A stretch of DNA of 64,000 nt, from positions 55,412-119,411 of the forward strand of contig CAVUZH010000004.1 of NCBI GenBank assembly GCA_963745835.1, read 5' to 3'. This document shows, piece after piece, positions 30,697 through 43,038 of the stretch (position 1 is its first letter; the number at the start of each line of letters is the position of its first letter). Both the position numbers and the translations under genes were made by a program. This DNA is from an uncultured delta proteobacterium (GTDB lineage Bacteria > Desulfobacterota > Binatia > UBA9968). A model generated the notes under the pieces. That model saw only the letters and a list, made by a program, of their open reading frames with translations, was not told the DNA's origin and made no database searches.

Positions 30697-31861
30697 ATGC
30701 ACAATCGTAATCAGTGTGAGATTGATGAAGTGGCAGCCTTGCAACAAGCAATTGGAGCTAAGGAATTGCTGTTGCGCGAGCGCGAGGCTGCGTTCGAAGC
30801 TCTGGAACAACGGTTGAACTCGACGATCGAACAACTGAGCGCGGACTTGAATGAAAAACAAACTTTGATCGGTCAAAACGAAATCAAATCTCAGCAAGCG
30901 AAAGCAGACCTTAGTGAGATTGTGGAACAGAAGACCCGACTGGAGATGCTTCAAAAACAAACAGAACGATTGTTATCTGCTCAAGCCGAGCAAATCCGCG
31001 CCGGAGTTCGAGCTGAAATCCAATCTATGGAGAGGCAGCTCATCGACAAAGGACTCGGAGCTTCAAAAGTGCCAGGCCTGCGCCATGAACCTGCGACATC
31101 GATTAGCGGAGATGCAGTTGCTCAGTGAAACACGAGCCGTTCAGATCGAGGATCTTAGGGCAGAAACCGTTCGCCTTTCGCTGGAAATTAATCGGCGCGA
31201 GCTGGTGAAGCTCGGAACCGAATCTGGCGGTGATCATGACTTCGGCCACGGCCGAGAGGCCGAAGCTGCGTCTGGTGAGATTTCGGCCGCACTGGACACA
31301 AACAGCCAAAAGTCAGAGAAAGCAGAAACACCGGCGTGGGATGAGATCATGATCCTGCGCCACGATGCGGAAGAAAAGAATCTTCTTCTCGCCAGCCGCA
31401 ATGAAGAACTGATGCGGGTGAAAGCAGAGATGGACCTTCTTCAAGGCGAGCTAAGCGAACTCAAGTCGAGCATTAAGCGCATTCAGGAATCGGCCAAGAC
31501 TGAATGCGCCGAGATGCGCAGCGAGTTTCAAGCCCAAGTGGCTTTTTTACAGGCGGAGCTGAGCCAAAGGGACTGGACGCTCCAAGAACGTGAAGCAGCG
31601 CAGAAGGTTCTCGAGCAAGGACTTCGCGCGAAGATCGGCCAATTGGAAGCTCAGCGAGAGCAGGTAAAAACTTCTACTGAGGGTCCAGCTCAGGAATTCG
31701 TTCTCGGTGTTAACTGGGAGTCAGAAGCGCGGTTAGATGATACGTGGAAGCTGCAAGAACGGCTTGACGGCAACGGCGCGGAAATCGCGCAAACGGCCTC
31801 CAACCAATCTGGCAAGTGGCGCAACAGCGGCGCGTGGAAAAGACGCTGGAGATCGCGATAA
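30697..31861 (+). CDS. Long coiled-coil protein, split by one extra A at 31048-31050
   Basis: GAGG SD; E/Q/L/K/R-rich heptads in ORFs 30676-31128 and 30914-31861, joined as ...LIDKDSELQK...; Trp/Arg-rich tail KWRNSGAWKRRWRSR. Confidence 0.7.
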
Positions 31862-31912
31862 GCAGCGCGCAACTTGCCTTTACCCGATAGATTATCCGCC
31901 AGAAGGACAACC

Positions 31913-32635
31913 ATGATAAAGACCGAACGAGTGACAACCGGCATTCCAGGATTGGATCAACTTCTTGAAGGTGGTTTCCCCAAGGATCGTTCTGTTCTCG
32001 TTACCGGCGAGCCTGGAACCGGAAAGACAATCTTTGCGCTACAATTCCTGGTGGAAGGCCTGAGGCGTGGAGAAAAGGGCATCTACGTCGCGGCCGATGA
32101 AGGTCCGACGGACATCATAGAACAGGCCGCCTCACTGGGATGGGATCTAGAGAAATACATTGAGGCGAAGGAGCTGGCGATCCTCAACGCTGGAACTTAT
32201 CTGAGCTCCTCATCGGCCGCGGGAAAAGAGCGGCAGATCGATATTCATAAAGCGATCGGTGATCTTGCTGGGTTCGTTAACCGCTTAGGAGCAAAACGGC
32301 TGGTGCTGGATCCGGCTGGACCATTTGTTCTGCTGCGCGACACAACAATGCGCATCCAGGATCAGACCCGCCTGTTGATCAAGCTACTGCGAACTTCGAT
32401 GCAGACAACCAATATTCTCACCTCGTATGGCGTGCCACGAACCGGCGAACGGACTCTGCATGGAATCGAGGAATACCTCGTTGCCGGCGCTATTATCCTG
32501 GAGATCGTCTGGCGGGACGGTAAGTTGGGTCGCAGCATGGTGATCGAAAAAATGCGCTGCACCGATGTCAAGCCGGCGCAGCACACATTTGACATTAGCA
32601 AAGTTCAGGGTTTCGTCCTCGATCCTCTGCCCTAA
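31913..32635 (+). CDS. Single-domain KaiC-like (RecA-superfamily) ATPase 1
   Basis: TGIPGLD.LL.GG, GEPGTGKT, QFL..G...GEKG.Y, RLVLDP, GIEEY, EKMR. Confidence 0.88.
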   Translation: MIKTERVTTGIPGLDQLLEGGFPKDRSVLVTGEPGTGKTIFALQFLVEGLRRGEKGIYVAADEGPTDIIEQAASLGWDLEKYIEAKELAILNAGTYLSSSSAAGKERQIDIHKAIGDLAGFVNRLGAKRLVLDPAGPFVLLRDTTMRIQDQTRLLIKLLRTSMQTTNILTSYGVPRTGERTLHGIEEYLVAGAIILEIVWRDGKLGRSMVIEKMRCTDVKPAQHTFDISKVQGFVLDPLP

Positions 32636-32659
32636 CACATCGCGCAGGTGACAATCACA

Positions 32660-33448
32660 ATGAATCCTCAGCGTGTTTCCACCGGTGTATCCGGCTTAGA
32701 TTCGCAACTGATTGGCGGGTTCATCAAAGGCCGTTCCTACGTTGTCCTCGGCGACGCTGGAGCGGGTAAAACCACCGCCTGCCTGCAGTTCCTTCTTAGC
32801 GGTCTCAAACAGGGAGAGAAGGGACTCTACATCACCGTCGATGAACGACCTGCGGAAATCATCGAGTCCGCGGCATCTCTGGGATGGGATTTCGAGTCCT
32901 ACACTCAAGATAAAAGCCTCGTGATGCTCGATGCCTCGCCTTACTTCAGCGGGCGAGCCGGCGCCGCACAGGACAAGGGCGTGGATCTGCAGAAGATCGT
33001 TTCGGATCTCGCCGGGTATGCCAAAAGAATCGATGCCAGCCGTCTTGTTATCGACCCGGTCACACCGATGATTTTTTCCGACTCACCGAATCGAGTTCAG
33101 GATCAGGCCCGTTCCTTCATTCACCTCGTGCACTCGCAATTGAATACCACGAACTTATTCAGCGCCCAGTACTCTAGCCGAGCCCCCGACCCTAGCTTTG
33201 GGATCGAGGAATTCCTCGTTTCCGGCGTCCTGCATCTGAAAACAATTCCGGTTGATAGCGGATTCGCTCGCAAGCTCACGATAAAAAAAATGCGCGGCAC
33301 GCCGATCCAGCCCAGCGAGTACTGGTTTTCAATCATCGCCGGCGAAGGCATTGTTTTGACTCAAGAAGGCGAGCGGCCCGTGGCGGCGCAGGAATCGGGC
33401 GATACAACATTGCTGGAATACTTCGAGCCCTTCGCCAGATCAAAGTAA
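32660..33448 (+). CDS. Single-domain KaiC-like ATPase 2
   Basis: TGVSGLD, GDAGAGKT, RLVIDP, GIEEF, KKMRGT; alternative GTG start at 32648. Confidence 0.88.
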   Translation: MNPQRVSTGVSGLDSQLIGGFIKGRSYVVLGDAGAGKTTACLQFLLSGLKQGEKGLYITVDERPAEIIESAASLGWDFESYTQDKSLVMLDASPYFSGRAGAAQDKGVDLQKIVSDLAGYAKRIDASRLVIDPVTPMIFSDSPNRVQDQARSFIHLVHSQLNTTNLFSAQYSSRAPDPSFGIEEFLVSGVLHLKTIPVDSGFARKLTIKKMRGTPIQPSEYWFSIIAGEGIVLTQEGERPVAAQESGDTTLLEYFEPFARSK

Positions 33449-33569
33449 TCGACTTGTTCAGATCCGCCTAGAGCGCTGGTCTTCATTTCTCTTCTCCTGC
33501 ACCGGGCCTAAGCATCGCCGATAGCAGCTCCACCCGTCCAGAGCAAGATCGCGGCGCTGGCCGTTTTTC

Positions 33570-33598
33570 TTGACACCCCCCCAAGTGATGATTAGCTT
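33570..33598 (+). promoter_or_regulatory. Sigma-70-type promoter of clpB
   Basis: TTGACA-N17-TAGCTT. Confidence 0.65.
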
Positions 33599-33621
33599 TT
33601 GAGGGTCTAAGGGAGAAATAA

Positions 33622-36251
<2,630 letters not shown>

Positions 36252-36255
<4 letters not shown>

Positions 36256-36431
36256 AGAGCGCCACAAAAAAAGCTCCGCCAACAAAGATCCCGCCGGGGC
36301 TAGCACGGGTTCGGAAAGAAGTTCCTCCTCCAAGCAAAATCTTCAGGAGCAAAAAGATCGTTCAGCGGCAGCGTCGCAAAGCGGAACTTCGGCAGGAACT
36401 AAAAGCAAACCTACCGAGCAGATCTTCTTAA
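36252..36431 (+). CDS. Small basic 59-aa protein coupled to clpB (not in the ORF track)
   Basis: TTG start overlaps the clpB TGA (TTGA), preceded by GAGAGGA; [59 protein letters not shown]; ends just before the terminator. Confidence 0.6.
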
Positions 36432-36453
36432 CGCATCCGTCGCATTTTTCCTG

Positions 36454-36490
36454 AGAGGCAGTCCAACCGGACTGCCTCTTTTTTTGTTTT
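36454..36490 (+). terminator. Intrinsic terminator of the clpB operon
   Basis: AGAGGCAGTCC-AACC-GGACTGCCTCT followed by a T tract. Confidence 0.88.
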
Positions 36491-36637
36491 CCATCACTGC
36501 TGAAAAGCTGCGTGCTTCGTTGCGTCGGTGGAATTGTGTCCGGATACTACGGGTGTGCGTCTCAGACCGAAGAGGTTTCCTGCCTTCTTGAGTTTTGAGC
36601 AGCCGGCAATCAGACTTTCAGCAAGGGTAATTAATGC

Positions 36638-38074
36638 ATGGCCGATTCAAACAGCCCCAACCAAACCCGGCGAGATCCACGTCTGGTGCTGCTTCTGGTC
36701 TGCACCGGACTGTTCATGGTGGCAATCAACGCCCGCGCCATGATCGTCTCGCTGCCAACCTTGACTGAGGTTTTTGAAACCAATCTGTCCCTCATCCAGT
36801 GGGCTCTTTTAGTATACGACCTGGCCGTCATCGGCCTCGTGCTCACGCTGAGCCGGCTCGGAGATCTATTCGGTCGCAAATGGATGTACATCATCGGTTT
36901 GCTGCTCTTTACTTTCGGTTCGGCTTTGTGCGGCTTGGTACAAAATCCGGCCCAATTGATCGCCTGCCGAATCGTCCAGGGAATCGGCGGCGCTATGATC
37001 ATGGCTCATGGACGCGCCATCGCCTCTATCGTTGTGCCGGTTTCCCAAAGAGGCAAAGCATTGGGATTAACCTCAATGGCCTATCACGTCGGCTACATGA
37101 CAGGCCCCACGTTGGGCGGCTTTATCATCGACACAATTGGCTGGCGTTGGATTTTCTACGTCAATATTCCAACCGGCCTGGCAGCGGCCTACTTTGGGTG
37201 GAAGATCCTCAGCGATCGAGCGGCGAGCGAAGAACGGGTGAAAGTCGATTATGCCGGCGCGGTGCTCCTGTTGATCACCAATACTTGTTTTGTTTATGCG
37301 ATGAACCAGTTTCCGCACCTCGGCTCTACCCATCCGTTGGTGATATCCTTCGCTCTCCTTTCGGTCGCAGCGCTCTTATTCTTCATTCGAACTGAGCTGC
37401 GCGCGGACACTCCGATTCTGGACTTGAACCTTTTCCGCAATCGTCTATTCAGCGCGGCTAATTTAAGCCTACTTTTTATCACCGGAACCCAATCCGCCAT
37501 CGCTGTTTTGATGCCTTTCTATTTACAAAATCTAATGGGTTTCACGCCTAGTCAAATGGGCTGGATCATCATCGCTAACTCGGTGGTCATCATCATGGTC
37601 GCGCCGATCGCCGGCGGTCTTTCGGATCGCTTCGGTTCTCGGCTGCTTTGCAGCATCGGCGCAACCATCATCGTTATCGGCCAATTCCTGATCGCTTCTT
37701 TGGATCAGCAGTCGTCGGTATTCCAGATGATTTTTCCGCAAGCCTTAACCGGCCTGGGTTGGGCAGTTTTCAATTCGCCGAATCAAAGCGCCATCTTGGG
37801 CACCGTGCCCAGGAATAAGGTCGGCGCAGCATCGGGCATGACCGTGACCACCGCGCGCATCGGCGCCGTGATCGGCATAGCCTTGTCCGGGCTTTTGTTC
37901 ACCAACGGACTGTACCGCGGCGGCATGCCTGCCGAACAGATCGAATCGCCGCAAACCTGGGGAGCATCGCCTGAGATATTTCTCGACGCCTTTAGTCACG
38001 CCATTCACGTCATCAATAGCTTTGCCATTCTGGCAATCGTCTTTTCCGCTATTCGCGGCGGCAGCAAAGACTGA
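36638..38074 (+). CDS. MFS transporter, DHA2 (EmrB/QacA-like) family
   Basis: RLGDLFGRK, QGIGGAM, GPTLGG.I..TIGWRWIFY.NIP, D.FGSR. Confidence 0.88.
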   Translation: MADSNSPNQTRRDPRLVLLLVCTGLFMVAINARAMIVSLPTLTEVFETNLSLIQWALLVYDLAVIGLVLTLSRLGDLFGRKWMYIIGLLLFTFGSALCGLVQNPAQLIACRIVQGIGGAMIMAHGRAIASIVVPVSQRGKALGLTSMAYHVGYMTGPTLGGFIIDTIGWRWIFYVNIPTGLAAAYFGWKILSDRAASEERVKVDYAGAVLLLITNTCFVYAMNQFPHLGSTHPLVISFALLSVAALLFFIRTELRADTPILDLNLFRNRLFSAANLSLLFITGTQSAIAVLMPFYLQNLMGFTPSQMGWIIIANSVVIIMVAPIAGGLSDRFGSRLLCSIGATIIVIGQFLIASLDQQSSVFQMIFPQALTGLGWAVFNSPNQSAILGTVPRNKVGAASGMTVTTARIGAVIGIALSGLLFTNGLYRGGMPAEQIESPQTWGASPEIFLDAFSHAIHVINSFAILAIVFSAIRGGSKD

Positions 38075-38339
38075 TACATTCGTCATTCTGCCAAACGCGA
38101 TGTGGTTTGAGGCAACTAGTAATCTGTAGTGATTAAGGAGGGAGCCTGGAGGAGCGAAGGCACAGAAACGAAAGTTTCAATGCGGTCTCCGGTACATGGC
38201 CCACAGCTAATCTCTCGATAGATCGGCCTCCAACCACGCAGCTTGTAAGCACCTGTAAGGCACGGACCCATTGCCTTTGCTCCGGAGGGTTCGCTCCTTA
38301 ATCGCGGTGTCGCTTGGAACTGCAGAATCCGGGCTGAAG

Positions 38340-39770
38340 ATGCAACCCGACGATGCAAAAAAAACCCGATGGACTCTGCGTCTCATCCTTTTGAATGTTT
38401 GCATCGGGCAAACCGTTGTCGGTCTCGATCAGCGCGCCATCACAGTTGCGCTGCCAACATTGACCGAGACTTTTCACACCGCATTCACCACCGTTCAATG
38501 GGTAGTGCTGGTCTATGATCTGATTCTCATCGGGCTGATCATCACCATGGGCCGCTTGGGAGATTTGTTCGGCCGGCGCCGCTTCTACAGCATCGGTTTT
38601 CTGGTATTTGTTGCCGCTTCCGCGCTTTGCGGCATCTCTCAAACTGTAGGCCAGATGATCTTCTTCAGAGCGATTCAGGCGATTGGCGGATCGATGATCG
38701 CCGCCAATGGCAGAGCCATCGTTTCAGTGGCGCTACCGCGCGAAGAACGGGGCCGCGCCTTGGGGCTTACATCGACGGCCTTTCATATCGGTTTTCTCAC
38801 CGGGCCGTCGCTTGGCGGATTTCTCATCGATACGGTCGGCTGGCGCTGGATCTTTTATATCAATCTGCCCATCGCGCTATGGGGCGCCTATCTCGCCTGG
38901 AAAATCATCCCGGAAACCAAAGCCGAAGGGAAAGTGTCGGTGGATATTCCCGGCGCAATACTGCTCCTTTTAACCAACGGGCTATTCATTTATGCCATCG
39001 ATCTGCTGCCGCGGCTCGGCTGGCGCCATCCGATGTTCCTGCTGACATTGCTGCTCTCGCTGATTGCAATGGCATTTCTCTTGGTCGCCGAAAGCAAGGC
39101 CAGAACGCCTATCTTAATTCTGTCCATGTTCCGCAGCCGTCTGTTTAGCGCAGGCATCTTGAGTCTTTTCCTGATTACCGCCAGTTTGTCGGCGATCAAT
39201 TTTCTTTTGCCCTTCTATTTGCAAAACCTTTTAGGCTATTCGCCCTCTCAAATGGGCTGGATTATCATCGCCGATTCACTGATCATCATGTTTATGGCGC
39301 CGATTGCCGGCACCTTATCGGATCGTCTCGGCTCCCGCCTGCTGTGCACCATCGGCTGCGCCGTCATCGTCATCGCGCAATTTTTCGTCGGCTCGCTCGG
39401 TTTGCAAGCCTCGTTACTAAGAATCATGCTGCCGTTGGCGCTCTGGGGAATCGGCTGGGCGTTGTTCAATGCGCCCAATCAGAGCGCCACCTTAGGAGCG
39501 GTGAGCCACGACAAGCTCGGCGCCGCCGCCGGTATGATCGCGACTACGGCACGGACGGGCAGCGCCATCGGCGTGGCTATGGCGGCCACTCTTTTCAGCA
39601 CGATGTTATCGGCGGCAGGTTTAAGCCCGGAACAAACCCAGTCGCCGCAAAGCTGGAGCATGATGCCCGAGGCAGTGATTGGTCCGTTCAACTACACGAT
39701 TCATTTTATCAACGCCCTGACTTTGCTGGCGGTGTTCTTTTCCGCGGTTAGAGGCAGCCGGCGAGACTGA
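38340..39770 (+). CDS. MFS transporter, DHA2 family, tandem paralog
   Basis: GRLGDLFGRRR, GPSLGG..IDTVGWRWIFY.NLP; C-terminus similar to the upstream MFS (SAVRGS vs SAIRGG). Confidence 0.88.
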   Translation: MQPDDAKKTRWTLRLILLNVCIGQTVVGLDQRAITVALPTLTETFHTAFTTVQWVVLVYDLILIGLIITMGRLGDLFGRRRFYSIGFLVFVAASALCGISQTVGQMIFFRAIQAIGGSMIAANGRAIVSVALPREERGRALGLTSTAFHIGFLTGPSLGGFLIDTVGWRWIFYINLPIALWGAYLAWKIIPETKAEGKVSVDIPGAILLLLTNGLFIYAIDLLPRLGWRHPMFLLTLLLSLIAMAFLLVAESKARTPILILSMFRSRLFSAGILSLFLITASLSAINFLLPFYLQNLLGYSPSQMGWIIIADSLIIMFMAPIAGTLSDRLGSRLLCTIGCAVIVIAQFFVGSLGLQASLLRIMLPLALWGIGWALFNAPNQSATLGAVSHDKLGAAAGMIATTARTGSAIGVAMAATLFSTMLSAAGLSPEQTQSPQSWSMMPEAVIGPFNYTIHFINALTLLAVFFSAVRGSRRD

Positions 39771-39815
39771 TTTTCGATTTCCGTTGCAGCCGGATAGTTT
39801 CTATACTCGGACCGC

Positions 39816-40935
39816 ATGAGTTGGTTTCTCCACATTGACATGGACGCATTCTATGCGTCCGTGGAGCAGGCGCTGGATCCGAGTTTGAAAAACAAGCCGG
39901 TCATCGTCGGCGGCCGCGATGGTAAGGGCGTGGTTACGTCGGCGTCTTACGCGGCGCGAAAATTCGGCGTTCGTTCGGCAATGCCGGGGTTTCAAGCCAA
40001 TAAGCTTTGCCCGCACGGGATATTTCTTCCCAACCGCCACCGGCTCTATTCGGAATATTCCCACAAAGTTTTTGCAATCCTGCGGCAATACTCTCCAGAG
40101 GTGCATGCGATCTCGATCGACGAAGGAGTGGTCGATCTTACCGGCACGGAGAAACTCCTGGGTCCGCCGTTGCAGACCGCGGATCGAATCATCCGGCGCA
40201 TCGAGCAGGAGCTCGGCTTGCCGTCTTCAGGGGGAGTCTCCAGCCATCGGGCCGTCAGCAAAATCGCCGCGACTTTAGCGAAACCTCAGGGGCTCATTTT
40301 TGTTGACGGCGGAGAGGAGAGAAATTTTCTCGCGCCGTTGCCGGTTGAACTCGTCCCCGGGGTCGGTCCCAAGACCCAGAAGGACTTGTTACGGCGAGGC
40401 ATCCGGACCATCGGCGACCTGATGGACTCCGGGTCGGGGTCACAGCTATCTCGATCTCCGCCAAGCCGATCATCGGCAGCGCTCACACGAGCATTCCATC
40501 GGTAATGAGACAACGTTCGATAAGGCGCTCAAAGACATCGAGCAGCTGGAACGAATTCTTTGGCAACTCGTCGAGGAGGTTGGCGGCAGGTTGCGCAGGG
40601 AAAACTATTACGCCCGATGTCTAACGGTAAAGATTCGCTACAGCGATTTTCACACCATCACCCGCTCTCGCACCCTGAGTTCCCCGACCTGCTTCGACCG
40701 GGAAATCTTCGAAGTCGTCAGGCAACTGTTGCAACAGAATCTTGCTCAGGATCGCGCCGTTCGGCTTCTGGGGATCAGCGCCAGCGCGTTGCAATCTTCC
40801 GGCTGGCAGGAGTCTCTCCTGGATCGGGACAAGCGCAGCTCCTGGGACAAGCTCTACCAGGGCATCGATCATCTGCGCGATAAATACGGTGACAATGCGA
40901 TCGGCGCTGCCGGGCCGCGTAAACGCCGCAGTTGA
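39816..40935 (+). CDS. dinB: DNA polymerase IV, frameshifted near 40436
   Basis: HIDMDAFYASVE, SY.AR.FGV.SAMP, SIDE, AKPQG; after removing one G the frame reads SIGNETTF...VKIRYSDF.T.TRS...VRLLGI. Confidence 0.88.
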
Positions 40936-40977
40936 TTTCAACGACGAAGCTCCGTAGTCTCTTGTAGTCCTCTGTCC

Positions 40978-42021
40978 ATGCCCAATCGATCAATTCAAAA
41001 TCATCCTTTCCTTGCCGCATGCCGCCGCGAAGCAGTTCCTTATACACCCGTCTGGCTTATGCGTCAGGCCGGCCGCTATATGGAAGACTATCGCGCTCTG
41101 CGGGCGCAGTACGGTTTTCTCGAGCTTTGCAAAAGGCCAGATCTCGCAGCCGAGATTACCGTGACACCCGTCGAGCGACTCAAGGTAGACGCGGCGATTC
41201 TTTTTGCCGACATTTTGTTGATCCTCGAGCCCATGGGCGTCGGCCTGGAGTATTCGAAAGGCGATGGCCCGGTAATCCACCGGCCGGTGCGCAGCGGCAA
41301 AGATCTCGATGGGCTTAAAGACTTCGATCCTGAGAGGGAGCTTTCGTTCGTCTACGAAGCCGTGAAGAAAACCCGCGCGGCGCTGGACGACCGTGTGCCG
41401 CTGATCGGCTTTGCCGGCGCGCCTTTTACGCTGGCTTCCTATCTAATCGAAGGAGCCGGCTCGCGTAACTACATACATGCAAAACAATTGTACTACACGG
41501 CTCCGGAAATCTGGCACCATCTGTTGCAGCGGCTTTCCCAGCTGATCACCAAATATCTCAATTGTCAGATTGCCGCCGGCGCTCAAGCCGTGCAACTCTT
41601 CGACAGTTGGGCAGGTTGTCTGACGCCGGGTGATTACGAGCATTTCGTTCTGCCGTATACCCGCGCGGTCATTGCCGGGATTACCCCGGGTGTGCCTGTG
41701 ATCAGTTTCAGCACCGGCACGGCTGGACTGCTGAAGCACATTCGCGCCGCGGGCGGCGACGTGATCGGTCTCGATTGGCGAATCAACCTGGACGAAGGCT
41801 GGGCGACCGTCGGACATGACGTCGCGGTGCAAGGTAATCTCGATCCCGTCGCTCTGTTTGCGCCGCCGAAAGAAATCCGGAGCCGTGTCGCCGACGTGCT
41901 CGACCGCGCCGATAATCGGCCAGGCCATATCTTCAACTTGGGGCATGGCGTGCTGCCTGAAACACCGGTCGATCACGTCATCGCCATGGTCGAAGCGGTT
42001 CACGAGTTGAGCGCGCGGTAA
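40978..42021 (+). CDS. hemE: Uroporphyrinogen decarboxylase
   Basis: PVWLMRQAGRY, AILFADIL, GFAGAPFTLASY, QGNLDP, FNLGHG. Confidence 0.96.
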   Translation: MPNRSIQNHPFLAACRREAVPYTPVWLMRQAGRYMEDYRALRAQYGFLELCKRPDLAAEITVTPVERLKVDAAILFADILLILEPMGVGLEYSKGDGPVIHRPVRSGKDLDGLKDFDPERELSFVYEAVKKTRAALDDRVPLIGFAGAPFTLASYLIEGAGSRNYIHAKQLYYTAPEIWHHLLQRLSQLITKYLNCQIAAGAQAVQLFDSWAGCLTPGDYEHFVLPYTRAVIAGITPGVPVISFSTGTAGLLKHIRAAGGDVIGLDWRINLDEGWATVGHDVAVQGNLDPVALFAPPKEIRSRVADVLDRADNRPGHIFNLGHGVLPETPVDHVIAMVEAVHELSAR

Positions 42022-42030
42022 CATCCAGCC

Positions 42031-42966
42031 ATGGTTCTTCCTTATCAAGCTGTTCTCTTGATCGCTTTCGGCGGCCCAACTTCTTCTGAGGAGATTCGGC
42101 CGTTTCTGGCACGGGTGACGCAAGGCACTGCGATTCCGCCGCAACGTCTTGAGGATGTCGCGCGCCACTATCAAGCCGTCGGCGGCAAATCACCCTTGAA
42201 TGAGATCACGTCTCGACAAGCGCGCGCCGTGCAAAAGCTACTGTGCGACCGAGGCATGGATTTGCCCGTGTATACCGCCATGCGAAACACCGCTCCCTTT
42301 CTGGTCGATACCCTCAGACAAATGGCCATGGATGGGGTTCAGCGGGCACTGGGATTTATTCTCTCGTCGCACCGAACCGAGGCGAGCTGGGATCGCTATC
42401 AGAAGAATGTTGCCGATGCGAGATTGGCAATCGGCCGGGACGCCCCTGAGATCGACTATTGCGCCGGATGGCACGATCATCCCTTGTTTATCCAAACCTG
42501 GTGCGAGCTAATCAGAGAAGGCTTTGCCGGGATTGCGCGCGGCCAACATCCGGCGACTCCTCTCGTTTTCACCGCGCACAGCGTGCCGCTCTCGATGGCT
42601 GACCGATCGTCGTATGTTGAACAGCTTGAGATCACTGCGCGTTCCGTCGCCGAAAAGATCGGCCACAACAACTGGTCCGTTGCGTATCAGAGCCGCAGTG
42701 GAAAACCGGGCGATGCCTGGCTCGAACCCGACATCAATCTGGTCATACGCGATCTCTCGGTTCAGGCCGCTACCAATGTCGTCATCGCTCCCATCGGCTT
42801 TGTTTGCGACCATGTCGAAGTTCTTTATGACCTCGATATCGAAGCGAAGAAAACAGCAGCACAGGCCGGCATCAGGCTACACCGCGCCAGTTGTCCAAAT
42901 GATTACACAACCTTTATCCAAATGATCGCGGACGTGATTGTCAGATCCGTCCAGGCCCGTCAGTAA
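42031..42966 (+). CDS. hemH: Ferrochelatase
   Basis: HY..VGG.SPLN, FTAHSVP, YQSRSG....WLEPD, PIGFVCDHVEVLYDLDIE. Confidence 0.93.
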   Translation: MVLPYQAVLLIAFGGPTSSEEIRPFLARVTQGTAIPPQRLEDVARHYQAVGGKSPLNEITSRQARAVQKLLCDRGMDLPVYTAMRNTAPFLVDTLRQMAMDGVQRALGFILSSHRTEASWDRYQKNVADARLAIGRDAPEIDYCAGWHDHPLFIQTWCELIREGFAGIARGQHPATPLVFTAHSVPLSMADRSSYVEQLEITARSVAEKIGHNNWSVAYQSRSGKPGDAWLEPDINLVIRDLSVQAATNVVIAPIGFVCDHVEVLYDLDIEAKKTAAQAGIRLHRASCPNDYTTFIQMIADVIVRSVQARQ

Positions 42967-43038
42967 GTTGCAAATTTCGAAACGATTGGGTCCTTCCTCC
43001 CGCCAGCGTGGAGAGGGGAAGGATGAGAGGCACCGCTC

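Noticed and set aside
31913-33448. Circadian KaiABC clock
   Set aside because: Both proteins are single-domain, lack a recognisable CII Ser-Thr phosphosite pair, and have no kaiA or kaiB nearby.
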